Assembly (NCBI GenBank): GCA_045863295.1
Contig: BTWA01000001.1
Location: forward strand, 293,686-357,685
Origin: Candidatus Hydrogenedentota bacterium
GTDB taxonomy: Bacteria; Hydrogenedentota; Hydrogenedentia; Hydrogenedentales; SLHB01
Length of the DNA: 64,000 bases
Direction of reading: 5' to 3'
Part shown: positions 27,850 through 37,861 of the stretch, in pieces
Layout: every line of letters starts with the position of its first letter
Position numbering within the stretch: position 1 is the first letter of the stretch
Position numbers and translations under genes: made by a program
Notes under the pieces: model-generated
Told to the model about the DNA's origin: nothing
The model's input: the letters and a program-made list of their open reading frames with translations, nothing else
Databases searched by the model: none

Positions 27850-28032
27850 TCAGGTCGCAGGCGTTTCGGTCTCGCTGAGGCCGAGCAACTCAAGAATGAT
27901 GTTGATCAAAAATATGATCAACGCGATCAGAGAATCGAGCGAAGCGCCGCTCACTCCGCCATGGTCGTCATCGTCATCGTCGCGATCTGCTTTGGCTGGA
28001 ATCGTGAACCGTGTGAACTTGCAAGCCTTCAT
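27850..28032 (-). CDS. Small protein (60 aa) with poly-Asp tract and one hydrophobic helix
   Basis: AGGAGG RBS 7 nt before ATG; lies in otherwise empty intergenic space. Confidence 0.7.
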   Translation of the reverse strand: MKACKFTRFTIPAKADRDDDDDDHGGVSGASLDSLIALIIFLINIILELLGLSETETPAT

Positions 28033-28353
28033 TGTTCAGCCTCCTACGCTGTTTGCCCCACAAGCACTCCGCTGTTATGTATAACACACAAACTCAATCT
28101 TGGCAATAAGTTGTGTGACCGGTTTTCTCTCTTTTCTCACAGGTTTTCACTTTGAGCAGTTTTCTTCGACGGTGCCTCCGTCGGCCCGAAATTACAGACT
28201 TTGTGCGTACGGTGCACACTGCGATCAACCACAAAAATCCCATCCATCGCGCGGAACAGGTTGTGCCGACTCGATTTCGCAAGGTTGATGCCTCGGCATC
28301 TGGCCGCTATCATGCGGTGCTTCGAGGGGCGGAGCCAGGGAGCATGTGGCGGC

Positions 28354-28578
28354 ATGGATTGGGCACGCGTATTACCCATTGTGTGTGAATTTGGCGTAGG
28401 GGCCATACTCTGCGGGTTAGGCCTGTGGTCTGGCTGGCGCAGCGGCTTTCTGGACCCAAAGCTTCCAGACGACCGCCGCATGATCGGTTGGATCGTGGGA
28501 GGTTATTTGGGCCTGTTGGCGTTCTACTGCGCATTTACCTTCTGGCTGCCGTTTGTGCCTCGTGAGGCCGCGCCATGA
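28354..28578 (+). CDS. Small two-TM membrane protein, probable symporter accessory subunit
   Basis: Two hydrophobic segments; ATGA overlap with the SSS gene. Confidence 0.72.
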   Translation: MDWARVLPIVCEFGVGAILCGLGLWSGWRSGFLDPKLPDDRRMIGWIVGGYLGLLAFYCAFTFWLPFVPREAAP

Positions 28579-30425
28579 GTGGTTGGTTTGATCTGAGCCA
28601 CGTAAAGGGCGCGCCGATCGATTTCGCCGTCATCGCAGTCTATTTCGTTGCCATTGTTGCATTCGGCCTCTGGTTCGGGAAATACACACGTAACACGAGC
28701 GATTTCTTTTTTGGTGGCCAGCGATTTGCCTGGTGGCTCATCGCATTTTCGGGAATCGCCACCACCGTCGGCAGTTACAGCTTCGTCAAGTACAGTGAAG
28801 TGGGCTACGAATACGGAATCAGCAGCACGCAATCGTATCTCAACGACTGGTTCTGGATTCCTATTCTGCTCTTGCTGTGGTTGCCTATCCTCTACTTTGG
28901 CCGGATTCAATCCGTTCCCGAATACTTTCTCAGGCGGTTCGGACCCGAAGCACGGTTTGCATCGCTCATCGCCATCCTCATCTATCTGGTGGGATATGTC
29001 GGCGTAAATCTGTACACGTTGGGTACGGTTATGGAAGGCATTATAGGCGTACCCGTATTGCTGGGCGCCACGATGACGGCATTCGTCGTCATGCTGTATA
29101 TGTTTGCCGGCGGCCAAACATCCGTCATCATGACGGATTTGGCGCAGGGCATCATCCTATTGATTGCCGGATTGGGATTGCTCGTATTGGGGGTGGCCCA
29201 TGTGGGCGGCGTGGTCAATTTCTGGGCGTTGCTGCCGGAATCGCATCGCTATGGCTTTTCAGAATTCAGCGCACCGGACAAGTTCAGCTTCGTCGGCATC
29301 TTCGCCCAGGATGGCTTGGCCAACACAGGCGCTTTCGTGTTGATGAATCAAGGCATGATCATGCGCTTTCTATCCATGCGCAGCGTGCGTGACGGCCAAA
29401 AGATGGCGGTGTTCTGGATCCTGGTCCTTGCGCCATTGGCCGCAATTGCCGTCAGCAGCGGCGGATGGGTGGCCAAGGTCCTGGTGGAAAACGGCGAAAT
29501 CGAGACCACCGCCAAGACTGCCTTCGTCGACGCATCGCACTATCTTGCCGTCCCCGGCGTTTTCGGTTTTATCCTCGCCGCCTTGACCGCCGCGCTGATG
29601 AGTACCGCCGATACATTGGTGTCCGCCGTAAGCGCCATCTTCATCAACGACATTTACCGTCCCTACCTCGTTAAAGGCAGGCCCGACAAGCACTACCTGA
29701 AAGTCGCCCGCGTGTCGAGCACGGTTACCGTAATCGTCGGTCTAGTGTTGGTCGTCATTTATATGAAACAAGACAGCATCTATCAGGTCCACGGCCAGTT
29801 CACGGCTGCTGTCACGCCGCCCATAGTCATGTCCATATTCCTGGGCATCTTTTGGAAGCGCTATACTTCCGCCGCCGCAATCGCCACGATTGTCGTGGGG
29901 GGCGTCGCAGTCGGACTATCTTTCGTACCTTCATTGGAGTCCGTTCTAATCAAACCGTTCGCTTTTGGAATGGGTGAAGCCAGTTACGGCTTTATGCGTG
30001 CGTTGTACGGACTTGTCGCTTGCGGCGTAATTGGCCTGGTGGTATCGCTCTTCACCCGTCCCAAAAGCGATAAAGATCTGGTTGGCCTGGTCCACGGTAC
30101 GCAATTGCAGGCCATGGAACTTTTTAAGGGAAGTCCTGTGAATCGCACTCCAGGCACAAAGGTGACGTTGCGCGTTATTGCAGATGCGTCGCTGCCAATA
30201 GCCGACGTGGCGGTATGCCCGCAGAGCGCGTTATCGGCCATGGCCGCTTCCGAGGGGGATATGCTCTACGCCTGCGATACGCGTTGGTGGTTCGGCGGAC
30301 TCCGATCCGTGCATCTCAGGGCAGGAGAGCCGGGAAGTGACGATGCAGTTCGAATGAGTCCAGAAGCGATTGCAGACGCGCACTTTACAGATGGTCAATG
30401 GGTTGTCGTCGAAAAGCTGCTCTGA
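28575..30425 (+). CDS. Sodium:solute symporter (SSS/SLC5) family protein
   Basis: DFFFGG, SVPEYFLRRFG, GGQTSVIMTDLAQ, AALMSTADT, NDIY motifs; many TM helices. Confidence 0.92.
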   Translation: MSGWFDLSHVKGAPIDFAVIAVYFVAIVAFGLWFGKYTRNTSDFFFGGQRFAWWLIAFSGIATTVGSYSFVKYSEVGYEYGISSTQSYLNDWFWIPILLLLWLPILYFGRIQSVPEYFLRRFGPEARFASLIAILIYLVGYVGVNLYTLGTVMEGIIGVPVLLGATMTAFVVMLYMFAGGQTSVIMTDLAQGIILLIAGLGLLVLGVAHVGGVVNFWALLPESHRYGFSEFSAPDKFSFVGIFAQDGLANTGAFVLMNQGMIMRFLSMRSVRDGQKMAVFWILVLAPLAAIAVSSGGWVAKVLVENGEIETTAKTAFVDASHYLAVPGVFGFILAALTAALMSTADTLVSAVSAIFINDIYRPYLVKGRPDKHYLKVARVSSTVTVIVGLVLVVIYMKQDSIYQVHGQFTAAVTPPIVMSIFLGIFWKRYTSAAAIATIVVGGVAVGLSFVPSLESVLIKPFAFGMGEASYGFMRALYGLVACGVIGLVVSLFTRPKSDKDLVGLVHGTQLQAMELFKGSPVNRTPGTKVTLRVIADASLPIADVAVCPQSALSAMAASEGDMLYACDTRWWFGGLRSVHLRAGEPGSDDAVRMSPEAIADAHFTDGQWVVVEKLL

Positions 30426-31005
30426 CCGTCCCCGTCGTGACTCTTCCTGTTCCAATTCTTCCTTGTGACGATTGACGCTATTCTTCCTTCGGTGCACTCG
30501 TGCCCTTGTATCTGAAAACGAGGCATGTCACAATCGGACTTGGGCCTCCTTCGCCCGGGCTTTAGGGGATTTATAGAATCTGCTAGACATACTTAGATAA
30601 AAATGCTAAACTATGCCCGTTGCGGGTATTTTCGTAATGAATTTATCCGCGACCGTACGACTAAAGTCAGTCGTGCCGCGCGTGAAGTTAGGTATTCGCT
30701 TTGGAACTACTTTGACAGCAGCACGTTGCGTCACATTGACACGCATGGGTATGCACGACTTTCAGGTGATTTTGGCGAGTAGAACAAGTGAAGGCCAGTC
30801 ACAAAAGTCTGTTCGCAACCACTTGCAAAAAAAGAGTTTATGGAGAGGAGTCCGATTCTAAATCCTCTCGGCGGGATGTCATACACACGGAGCTGAAGGG
30901 CACCGGGACGTCCACAGTGATTGACCCATTGAGCAGTACGCTTCCTATGACCCCTGATGGGTGACCGAGGGCATGCCCCAGAACCACAGGAGACCGGGGA
31001 CGGAC

Positions 31006-32427
31006 ATGGCAACGAAGGCGAAATCCAAAGGCAAAACGGCTTCCAAGGTCCAGGCGAAGTCGGGCCGCGACAGGTCCAAATCGGGTTTGCGCGCGGGCGG
31101 ATTGGCCAAGTCCAAGAAGGGCGTGGCCGCCAAGGAATCGGCCAAGTCGAAGGATTCCGGCAAGAACAAGTCCGCCCGGAAGGCCAAGGCGCCAGCGCCC
31201 AAGAAGTCCGTGCCAAAGCCTGCCAAGCCCAAAACGGCGGCGAAGGCCCAGAAGAGTCCCCCAAAAACCAAAGCGGTAGCCGTGAAAAAACAAGCAGTAA
31301 AAGCGGAATCCAAGAAAGCAGTTCCAAAGACCGCGGCCGCCAAGGCTGCTCCCGTCGCTGCGGCGAAGCCCGCAAAACAGGTCACTCCGGGGCCGGTGCC
31401 GGCGCCGGTCATTCCGCCGAAGCCGCCCGCGCCAAAGACCAAGATGCTGGAAAAAGAGTTGCTTTTTGGTTTGGCCAAGGCGATCAAAGACTCGGTCGAG
31501 CCGCTCGTACGCAGCGTTCGTGGCAGGGAAGTCACCGGTACGGCTCAGAGCGGCGACGCCACGTTTCAGTTGGACAAGGTGGCCGAAAAGGCCCTGATGA
31601 CCTATTTGCGCGATGCCAAAGCGCCCGTGGCTTATTACTCCGAGGACTCCGGCTATTCCACGTTTACCAGCGGTGCGCCCCAGCACTTGCTCATTGTCGA
31701 TCCGGTGGATGGCAGCCGGGCGGCCAAGAGCGGTTTCGAATCGTGCGTGGTGTGCATTGGCAGCACGCGTGTCATTGAGCGGCCTCGCATCGGCGACATC
31801 GACAACGCCGTCGTGTTGGAGATAATCGGTCCGCGGATGTTTTACGCCGAACGCGGCAAGGGCACCCGCGTGTACGTGGAGGACGGGATTAAGAAACCGA
31901 AGTTGTCCACCAATACGTACCTGGAGTCGCTTACCTGGGCCATGACGGTGCCCGCACGGCCAGCGGAATTAATCTTCCCGACCGCCGCCAAACTGATTGA
32001 CTTGTCCAGCCTCAAGGGCGGGTTTTTTGCGTGCAACAGTTCTTCGTACAGCCTTACGCGGCTTGTGACGCAACAGTTGGACGCCTGCGTCGATATTGCC
32101 AATCGGTACTTGCGCGACATTCCGGAGGCCGTGAAAGATCAGTTCATCAATGCGGGCCGCGGCGCGGTGCTGGGCATTGCGCCGTACGATATCGCCGCGT
32201 CGCTGCTGGTGGCGCTCGAGGCCGGCTGCGTCGTCACCGATGCGTACGGGAAGAGTTTGGAAGATGTGTTGTTGCTGGACAGCTCCGAAGCGAATCACCA
32301 GTCGATGATTGCCGCCAGCAACAAAGAGTTGCACGAAAAGCTCATGATCTTCTTCGACACCCGGATCAAACAGATCGAACATCTCTGGAAGCGGCGGCTT
32401 CAGATCGCGGGTGGCGACGACGCCTGA
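31006..32427 (+). CDS. Inositol monophosphatase/FBPase-family protein with long Lys/Ala-rich N-terminal extension
   Basis: GDATFQLD..AE, SED, IVDPVDGS, YDIAA..LVA.EAG.VVTD. Confidence 0.85.
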   Translation: MATKAKSKGKTASKVQAKSGRDRSKSGLRAGGLAKSKKGVAAKESAKSKDSGKNKSARKAKAPAPKKSVPKPAKPKTAAKAQKSPPKTKAVAVKKQAVKAESKKAVPKTAAAKAAPVAAAKPAKQVTPGPVPAPVIPPKPPAPKTKMLEKELLFGLAKAIKDSVEPLVRSVRGREVTGTAQSGDATFQLDKVAEKALMTYLRDAKAPVAYYSEDSGYSTFTSGAPQHLLIVDPVDGSRAAKSGFESCVVCIGSTRVIERPRIGDIDNAVVLEIIGPRMFYAERGKGTRVYVEDGIKKPKLSTNTYLESLTWAMTVPARPAELIFPTAAKLIDLSSLKGGFFACNSSSYSLTRLVTQQLDACVDIANRYLRDIPEAVKDQFINAGRGAVLGIAPYDIAASLLVALEAGCVVTDAYGKSLEDVLLLDSSEANHQSMIAASNKELHEKLMIFFDTRIKQIEHLWKRRLQIAGGDDA

Positions 32428-32597
32428 CACCGGGATCTACCCAGTGAAGATTGTCACGCCGGGGGAACAAATGAACGGTTCCCCCGGTTTTCTTTTCTAT
32501 GGGGCTTCTTGCTCCACGCCCCTCTCGCCCCCGATGCCGTATACTCGTGTTTACAAGGCCTTCGCAAGAGAACAACCGAAGCAAGGAGTACGCCGCC

Positions 32598-34148
32598 GTG
32601 TCCGGTAAGGCAGAGACTCGATTTCAAGAGAAACCCACAGCGCCCGATACCTCCATCTTCTGCATTCCCGAAGAGGCCATGGCCACGGTCGTCATATTCG
32701 GGGCCACCGGCGATTTGGCCCAGCGCAAGCTGGTGCCCGCGATGTACAATTTGTGGAAGTGTGGATATTTGCCCAAGCGTATCGCCGTCGTGGGGGTTGC
32801 GCGAAAACCGAAAACGGACAACGAATTCCGCGAAGAAATGTGCGAAGCGCTCAAAAAGCATTCGCGTACCAAGGACGGCCTCGGCGACGCCTGCGATCCG
32901 TTCGTGGGTAACCTCTATTATCAGCAACTCGAATTCTCCGACGACACCGGCTTCCGTCGCCTTGGCGAACGGTTGACCGAATTGGAGAAGAACATTGGTT
33001 TGCCGGGCCACCGGTTGTTTTATCTCAGCGTGGGTCCGGAATTCTTCGGACCCATCGTGGAAGATCTGGGCCGCGCCGGGTTGGTGACACCACACGGCTC
33101 GTCGCCTTGGACCCGGGTCGTGTTCGAAAAACCGTTTGGCCAGGATCTGGCCTCGGCGCGCGAGCTGAATGCCTGCGTATCCACCGTGCTCAATGAAGAG
33201 CAGATTTTCCGCATCGACCACTATCTGGGCAAGGAGACCGTGCAGAACATCTTCTCGTTCCGGTTCGGCAACGCCATTTTCGAACCCCTGTTCAACCAGA
33301 AATACGTGGACCACGTGCAGATCACGATGTCCGAAGCGTTTGGCATGGAAGGCCGCCGCGGCGCGTTTTACGACAAGGTGGGCGCCATGCGCGACGTAGT
33401 GCAGAACCACGTCCTCCAATTGATGAGCCTCGTTGCGATGGAGCCGCCCGCCGTATTCGGCGCCAAAGAGATTCGCGACGAAAAGGTAAAAGTGTTGTGT
33501 TCCGTCGATGTCCCGCTGGATGAAGATCCCAGTGACTGGTGCGTGCGCGGACAATACGCGGAAGGCCCGAACGCGCCGGGATACTTGTCCGAGGAAGGCG
33601 TGGCGCAAGACTCGCAAACAGAAACGTTTGTTGCGCTCAAACTGTATGTGAACAATTGGCGTTGGGCCGGCGTGCCGTTTTTTCTGCGATCCGGCAAGAA
33701 CCTGAAATCGCGTGTGACCGAAATTGCGGTCCAATTCAAATCGCCGCCAACCCACTTCTTCGCCGATTTGGGCGTGCCGCCGCCGGTCGCCAATACGTTG
33801 GTATTCCGCATTCAGCCCGACGAAGCCATATCGCTCCGTTTCAACGCCAAACCACCCGGATTGGCCATGGGCACTAAGCCCGTGGATATGGAATTCAAAT
33901 ACGAAAGTGGATTCGGCGAGGCCCTTCCGGAAGCCTACGAGCGGTTGCTGCTGGACGCGATTCGCGGCGATTCGACCTTGTTCATGCGGTCCGACGAAAT
34001 TGACTACGCCTGGCGCATCGTAACGCAGGTCATGGACACCTGGAAAGATGCGGCTGCTCCGGAGTTGTACCGGCCGGGCACATGGGGTCCCCGCGAATCC
34101 GATCGTCTTTTCCAGGGCGTGGAAGGCAAATGGCGGAATCAGGCGTGA
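32598..34148 (+). CDS. zwf: Glucose-6-phosphate 1-dehydrogenase
   Basis: IFGATGDLA, EKPFG, RIDHYLGKETVQN, RDVVQNH, RWAGVPF, EAYERLL; GTG start after AAGGAG (alternative ATG at 32679). Confidence 0.96.
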   Translation: MSGKAETRFQEKPTAPDTSIFCIPEEAMATVVIFGATGDLAQRKLVPAMYNLWKCGYLPKRIAVVGVARKPKTDNEFREEMCEALKKHSRTKDGLGDACDPFVGNLYYQQLEFSDDTGFRRLGERLTELEKNIGLPGHRLFYLSVGPEFFGPIVEDLGRAGLVTPHGSSPWTRVVFEKPFGQDLASARELNACVSTVLNEEQIFRIDHYLGKETVQNIFSFRFGNAIFEPLFNQKYVDHVQITMSEAFGMEGRRGAFYDKVGAMRDVVQNHVLQLMSLVAMEPPAVFGAKEIRDEKVKVLCSVDVPLDEDPSDWCVRGQYAEGPNAPGYLSEEGVAQDSQTETFVALKLYVNNWRWAGVPFFLRSGKNLKSRVTEIAVQFKSPPTHFFADLGVPPPVANTLVFRIQPDEAISLRFNAKPPGLAMGTKPVDMEFKYESGFGEALPEAYERLLLDAIRGDSTLFMRSDEIDYAWRIVTQVMDTWKDAAAPELYRPGTWGPRESDRLFQGVEGKWRNQA

Positions 34149-34810
34149 CGGTTCACGTATCGGAGAATCCTGCCCTCGCGGCGGCCGAGCGACTGGTGCG
34201 GCTGGCGGGCGAGAGCGGCTCATTCAGCGTCGCCGTCTCGGGCGGTTCGACGCCCCGCGCGCTGTTTACATTGCTTGCGGGAGAGTTCCGGTCCCGCATG
34301 CCTTGGAGCCGCGTTGCCGTATTTCAAGTCGACGAGCGCTGCGTTCCCCCGGATAATCCGCTGTCCAACTGGAAAATGCTGCAGGAGACGCTGTTGGACA
34401 TCGTGCCCGAGATCAGGGCTTACCGTATGGAAGCGGAGCGGGGTGTACGTGGAGCAGAAGATTATGCCCGCGTGCTGCGCGAACACATCGGCGGAGGCAA
34501 CGCCATACCGGTCTTCGACGTCGTGCTGCTAGGCATGGGTGCGGACGGGCATACGGCCTCGCTGTTTCCAGGAGCCGACGCGCTGCACGAACAAGCCAAA
34601 GCGGTCGTCTATACCGAGCCGCCGAACATCACGCCTGATCGGGTCACATTGACATTTCCTGTGATCAACGCGGCGAAACACAAGTGGTTTCTCGCGACCG
34701 GCTCCGACAAAGCGCCGGCTTTTCAGAGGGCACAACGCGGCGAAGTGCCCGCCGGACTCGTAACCGGCGCTGAATGGTTCGTGGATAGTGCGGTGGTGGC
34801 CTCGAAGTAG
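34130..34810 (+). CDS. pgl: 6-phosphogluconolactonase
   Basis: SGGSTP, DERCVP, LLGMGADGHTASLFP, RVTLT; overlaps the end of zwf. Confidence 0.94.
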   Translation: MAESGVTVHVSENPALAAAERLVRLAGESGSFSVAVSGGSTPRALFTLLAGEFRSRMPWSRVAVFQVDERCVPPDNPLSNWKMLQETLLDIVPEIRAYRMEAERGVRGAEDYARVLREHIGGGNAIPVFDVVLLGMGADGHTASLFPGADALHEQAKAVVYTEPPNITPDRVTLTFPVINAAKHKWFLATGSDKAPAFQRAQRGEVPAGLVTGAEWFVDSAVVASK

Positions 34811-34848
34811 CGCGTATCACTTTTCAGTATGGCGCCCGTTGCCGTTCC

Positions 34849-36030
34849 TTAGGTTGGCGGATTGAGGAAGCGACGCTCGACCGTCATGTGGAATAGCCAG
34901 CCCGCCACGAGCGTGCAGCCCACACACGCGGGGATCGTGAGAAACGCCGTCCATGCCGAACTCTGGAGCCCCGCCAGAAATGCCGCATGACTGAGCGCAA
35001 GCACGATGGGAAAATGGACAAGATAGAGGCTATAGCACATGCGCCCACACGCCAAAAGCGGTGGAGCGATTTTCAACGCGCAGATCGCCGAATCAAACCG
35101 GTGAAGGGCCAGGGCAAGCAGCGCGAAGCCGTACGCGCATAAGGGTTCGTTCCGGTGCATTCCCGAGAAGACCCAGGGCGGATCGAGCCAGCCGTTCAAT
35201 TTGCAGAGATCGTGCAGAATGCCTGCGGTCAGCAGCGCCGCGATTATGCATTGTCCACGATGGTCCGCATAGTTGAGGGCATAGTAGACGCCGACTCCCG
35301 CCGCGAACAAGAGCCAGCGGCCATCCCAGAAGAATCCGCTCGCGGCCCATCCCAAGGGGGTGCACGCAACAACGGCGACGGAAACCAGCGCAACACCCAG
35401 GAAGAAGCGGCGCGGCGCTGCAAGCAGCAGTATCCCGGTGACCGCATAGAATTGCTCTTCGTAACACAACGTCCACGCGTGGCCCAATAGAAGTTTGGAT
35501 CCCGGCGGAACGAGATGCATGCGCCACGTTTCGGTCAGCGTCACATTCCCAAACCATTGCCATGGATGAAGCGAACCGGGATGGGGGATGGCGTTGATGT
35601 CCTCGAAGTTACCGGTGATCCAATGCGCGTGGCCGGACCCATACAGCAAGTACACAAACACCAGACTGCACGCGAGCACAGCCCAATACGGAGGGTAAAT
35701 GCGGCGAAACCGCCGGATGAAGTATCGGGACACCGGGTGACCCCTGCGCCGTGCAGCGTCCGCCGTGGCGGAAATGCAGTATCCCGAGATCACGAAAAAC
35801 AGCGGAACGCCGATCCAACCCCGTGCGCAGACCGCCACAATCCATCCCGACAGTCCGGCCAATTGGCCGGATTGGTAACAGAACAACGAGGCGTGAAAGA
35901 CCACCACGATCAAGCAGGCAACGCCGCGCCACAGGTCTAGCGAAGGATAGCGGGGGTGGCGGGGGAGTGTGGCGTAGACCGGCGCGCTTTCAATGGCCAC
36001 CAACGCCGCTTCCGTTGGCGAGTGCGCCAA
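34849..36030 (-). CDS. Acyltransferase family 3 (OafA/YrhL-like) membrane protein
   Basis: LDLWRGVA, GVPLFFVISGY, RRFRRIYP, WTLCYEEQFY, YSLYLVHFP, VER; start codon uncertain. Confidence 0.9.
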   Translation of the reverse strand: MAHSPTEAALVAIESAPVYATLPRHPRYPSLDLWRGVACLIVVVFHASLFCYQSGQLAGLSGWIVAVCARGWIGVPLFFVISGYCISATADAARRRGHPVSRYFIRRFRRIYPPYWAVLACSLVFVYLLYGSGHAHWITGNFEDINAIPHPGSLHPWQWFGNVTLTETWRMHLVPPGSKLLLGHAWTLCYEEQFYAVTGILLLAAPRRFFLGVALVSVAVVACTPLGWAASGFFWDGRWLLFAAGVGVYYALNYADHRGQCIIAALLTAGILHDLCKLNGWLDPPWVFSGMHRNEPLCAYGFALLALALHRFDSAICALKIAPPLLACGRMCYSLYLVHFPIVLALSHAAFLAGLQSSAWTAFLTIPACVGCTLVAGWLFHMTVERRFLNPPT

Positions 36031-37639
36031 TGTCGGATTCGCTCAATGCCTCCCGGTATATGCGGACATCCTTGATGCGGCCGTTAAAGTAATCGTGTTG
36101 GCCGAAGCCGATTCGCAGCGGCGCGGAGTTGTCGAAAAGCAGATCCGAGTGCGACAACTGATTCCTCATCGCACCGTTGATGAACAATTGCAGCATACCG
36201 GTCTTGCGTTGCACGGCCAGATGAACCCAGCCCGCAGGGAGTTCATCGCTCCGGCTCATGCAGCGGCCCGTCTGGTAGCTGTAGACATGGCCCGACGGAA
36301 GCACGCCGCAAAACAGCTTCCCTTCATGCACGGCCATGCTCCACGCCCGGCGGTACTGCACGTCCGGCGTCTTGTCGAGTTGGCCCGTGTTGAACCAGCT
36401 TGTGCCGCCGTCGTACCGGTAGACTTGCGCGAGCGGCAGCGTGCCCCCATAGAGCATGCCGTTATACACGGCCATGCCCATGCTTTCCTTCTCCTCGCCC
36501 AGACGTCCGCGATCCTCCCATCGTCCGGGTTCATGCAGCACGAACACCTTGCCCGATGGCCACGACCCCACGAACAACTCGCCCCGGTATTGCATGAACG
36601 AGTAGGTTTGCGTCGTTTCCGGCGGTGCGCCGAAATCCGTCCAGCCTGGATCGTCGAAACGGTAGACGCCCGCAAAATGCTCGTCAAATCCTGTGCCGAG
36701 CAACTGGCCGTTGTGTACACCCAGCGCCTCGACGCGCCCGCCGGGGTTGCCCACGTCGGTCCACGTGGCCCCGCCTTCGTAGCGGAAAAGTCCGGCCGGC
36801 GCGTAGAGCGACGAGGCATACAGTTTGTCTTTGTACACGGCTAGTCCGTACACTGCTTCGATCTCGCCGAGCTTGCCGCAGTAGGTCCACTCCTTACCGC
36901 CCGCGTATTTGTAGACGCGCCCTCCGGGTAACGTGTTTTCTGAATCGCCCATGGCCGAACCGCGGGATCGATAGTGCGATGCCGCCACGTACAGTTCGCC
37001 TTGATAGACCGCCATCGCCGACACGGCATTGCTGGGATACGGGGAACCGCAGTCTTCCCATTGGGCATTGCCCGCGTATTTGTACACGTGGCCCGATTCG
37101 TCCTTGCCCAGTTCGAATGTGCCCGCGTAAAGCCCGCCTTTATATGTGCAGAGCGACATAGGGTAGACCGCGTTGCCCGGCCGCCCGCAATCGGTCCAAT
37201 CCACGGTCGCAATACCGTCGTCAATTCCGAAGAACAAATTGCGGTAGTTGGATTGCGCGTTGACCACGCCGTGGTAGTTCATGACCGAGAAGTTGAGGCC
37301 CTTGCGCCGCGCGAGATCAAACTTGCCCAGGATATCGCCGATGGTGTCGTCGAGTACCGATTCCGTGTGAACCCATGCCGCAATCGTGAAATCCGTGACG
37401 CCAAGGTCCAACGATTCGTTGTGCGGCACTTCGATAAATGCGCCGCGCCCGTCGAAATGCGCGCCGCCGGTCGCGTCGAACGCCACGTAGTGGGCAGTGC
37501 CGTTGTTGCCCTTGCCCGAGATGTCAGACGCATCGGATGTCAATGGCCAGTGGCCGACGAGGTAACTTTCCGCGTATACCGATGCGGCCAGGGCGCCAAA
37601 GGCTACGCATGAGGCGGTCAACGCACGCACAAGAATCAC
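35990..37639 (-). CDS. Secreted LamG/concanavalin-like protein with internal beta-propeller repeats
   Basis: Signal peptide, LVGHWPL, DFTIAAWV, WVHLAV, LRIG..YFNGRIKDVRIY; repeated Y.G.LY.G...VY.Y.G..W units; RBS AAGGAG. Confidence 0.8.
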   Translation of the reverse strand: MILVRALTASCVAFGALAASVYAESYLVGHWPLTSDASDISGKGNNGTAHYVAFDATGGAHFDGRGAFIEVPHNESLDLGVTDFTIAAWVHTESVLDDTIGDILGKFDLARRKGLNFSVMNYHGVVNAQSNYRNLFFGIDDGIATVDWTDCGRPGNAVYPMSLCTYKGGLYAGTFELGKDESGHVYKYAGNAQWEDCGSPYPSNAVSAMAVYQGELYVAASHYRSRGSAMGDSENTLPGGRVYKYAGGKEWTYCGKLGEIEAVYGLAVYKDKLYASSLYAPAGLFRYEGGATWTDVGNPGGRVEALGVHNGQLLGTGFDEHFAGVYRFDDPGWTDFGAPPETTQTYSFMQYRGELFVGSWPSGKVFVLHEPGRWEDRGRLGEEKESMGMAVYNGMLYGGTLPLAQVYRYDGGTSWFNTGQLDKTPDVQYRRAWSMAVHEGKLFCGVLPSGHVYSYQTGRCMSRSDELPAGWVHLAVQRKTGMLQLFINGAMRNQLSHSDLLFDNSAPLRIGFGQHDYFNGRIKDVRIYREALSESDIGALANGSGVGGH

Positions 37640-37861
37640 GGGCTATCTCCTTCGGACTGACGACCTACTTGCGACAAAACACGATACCGTGTTCGCCACT
37701 GTGAATTCACATCGGAATGAATGCGCAAATGGACAGCGATTTCCGCCCGTGGACGGGTGGAGTGCTTTGTGATATAGTACAGACATGAACAACAGTTGTG
37801 GCACGAAATTGAGCAAGATCGACAACCTGCTGTTCGTGGGTCAACAGCAGATTGCCTTGCA

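Noticed and set aside
30580..30620. dif-like AT-rich imperfect palindrome
   Set aside because: Poor match to the XerC/XerD arms and spacing; more likely promoter-region sequence.
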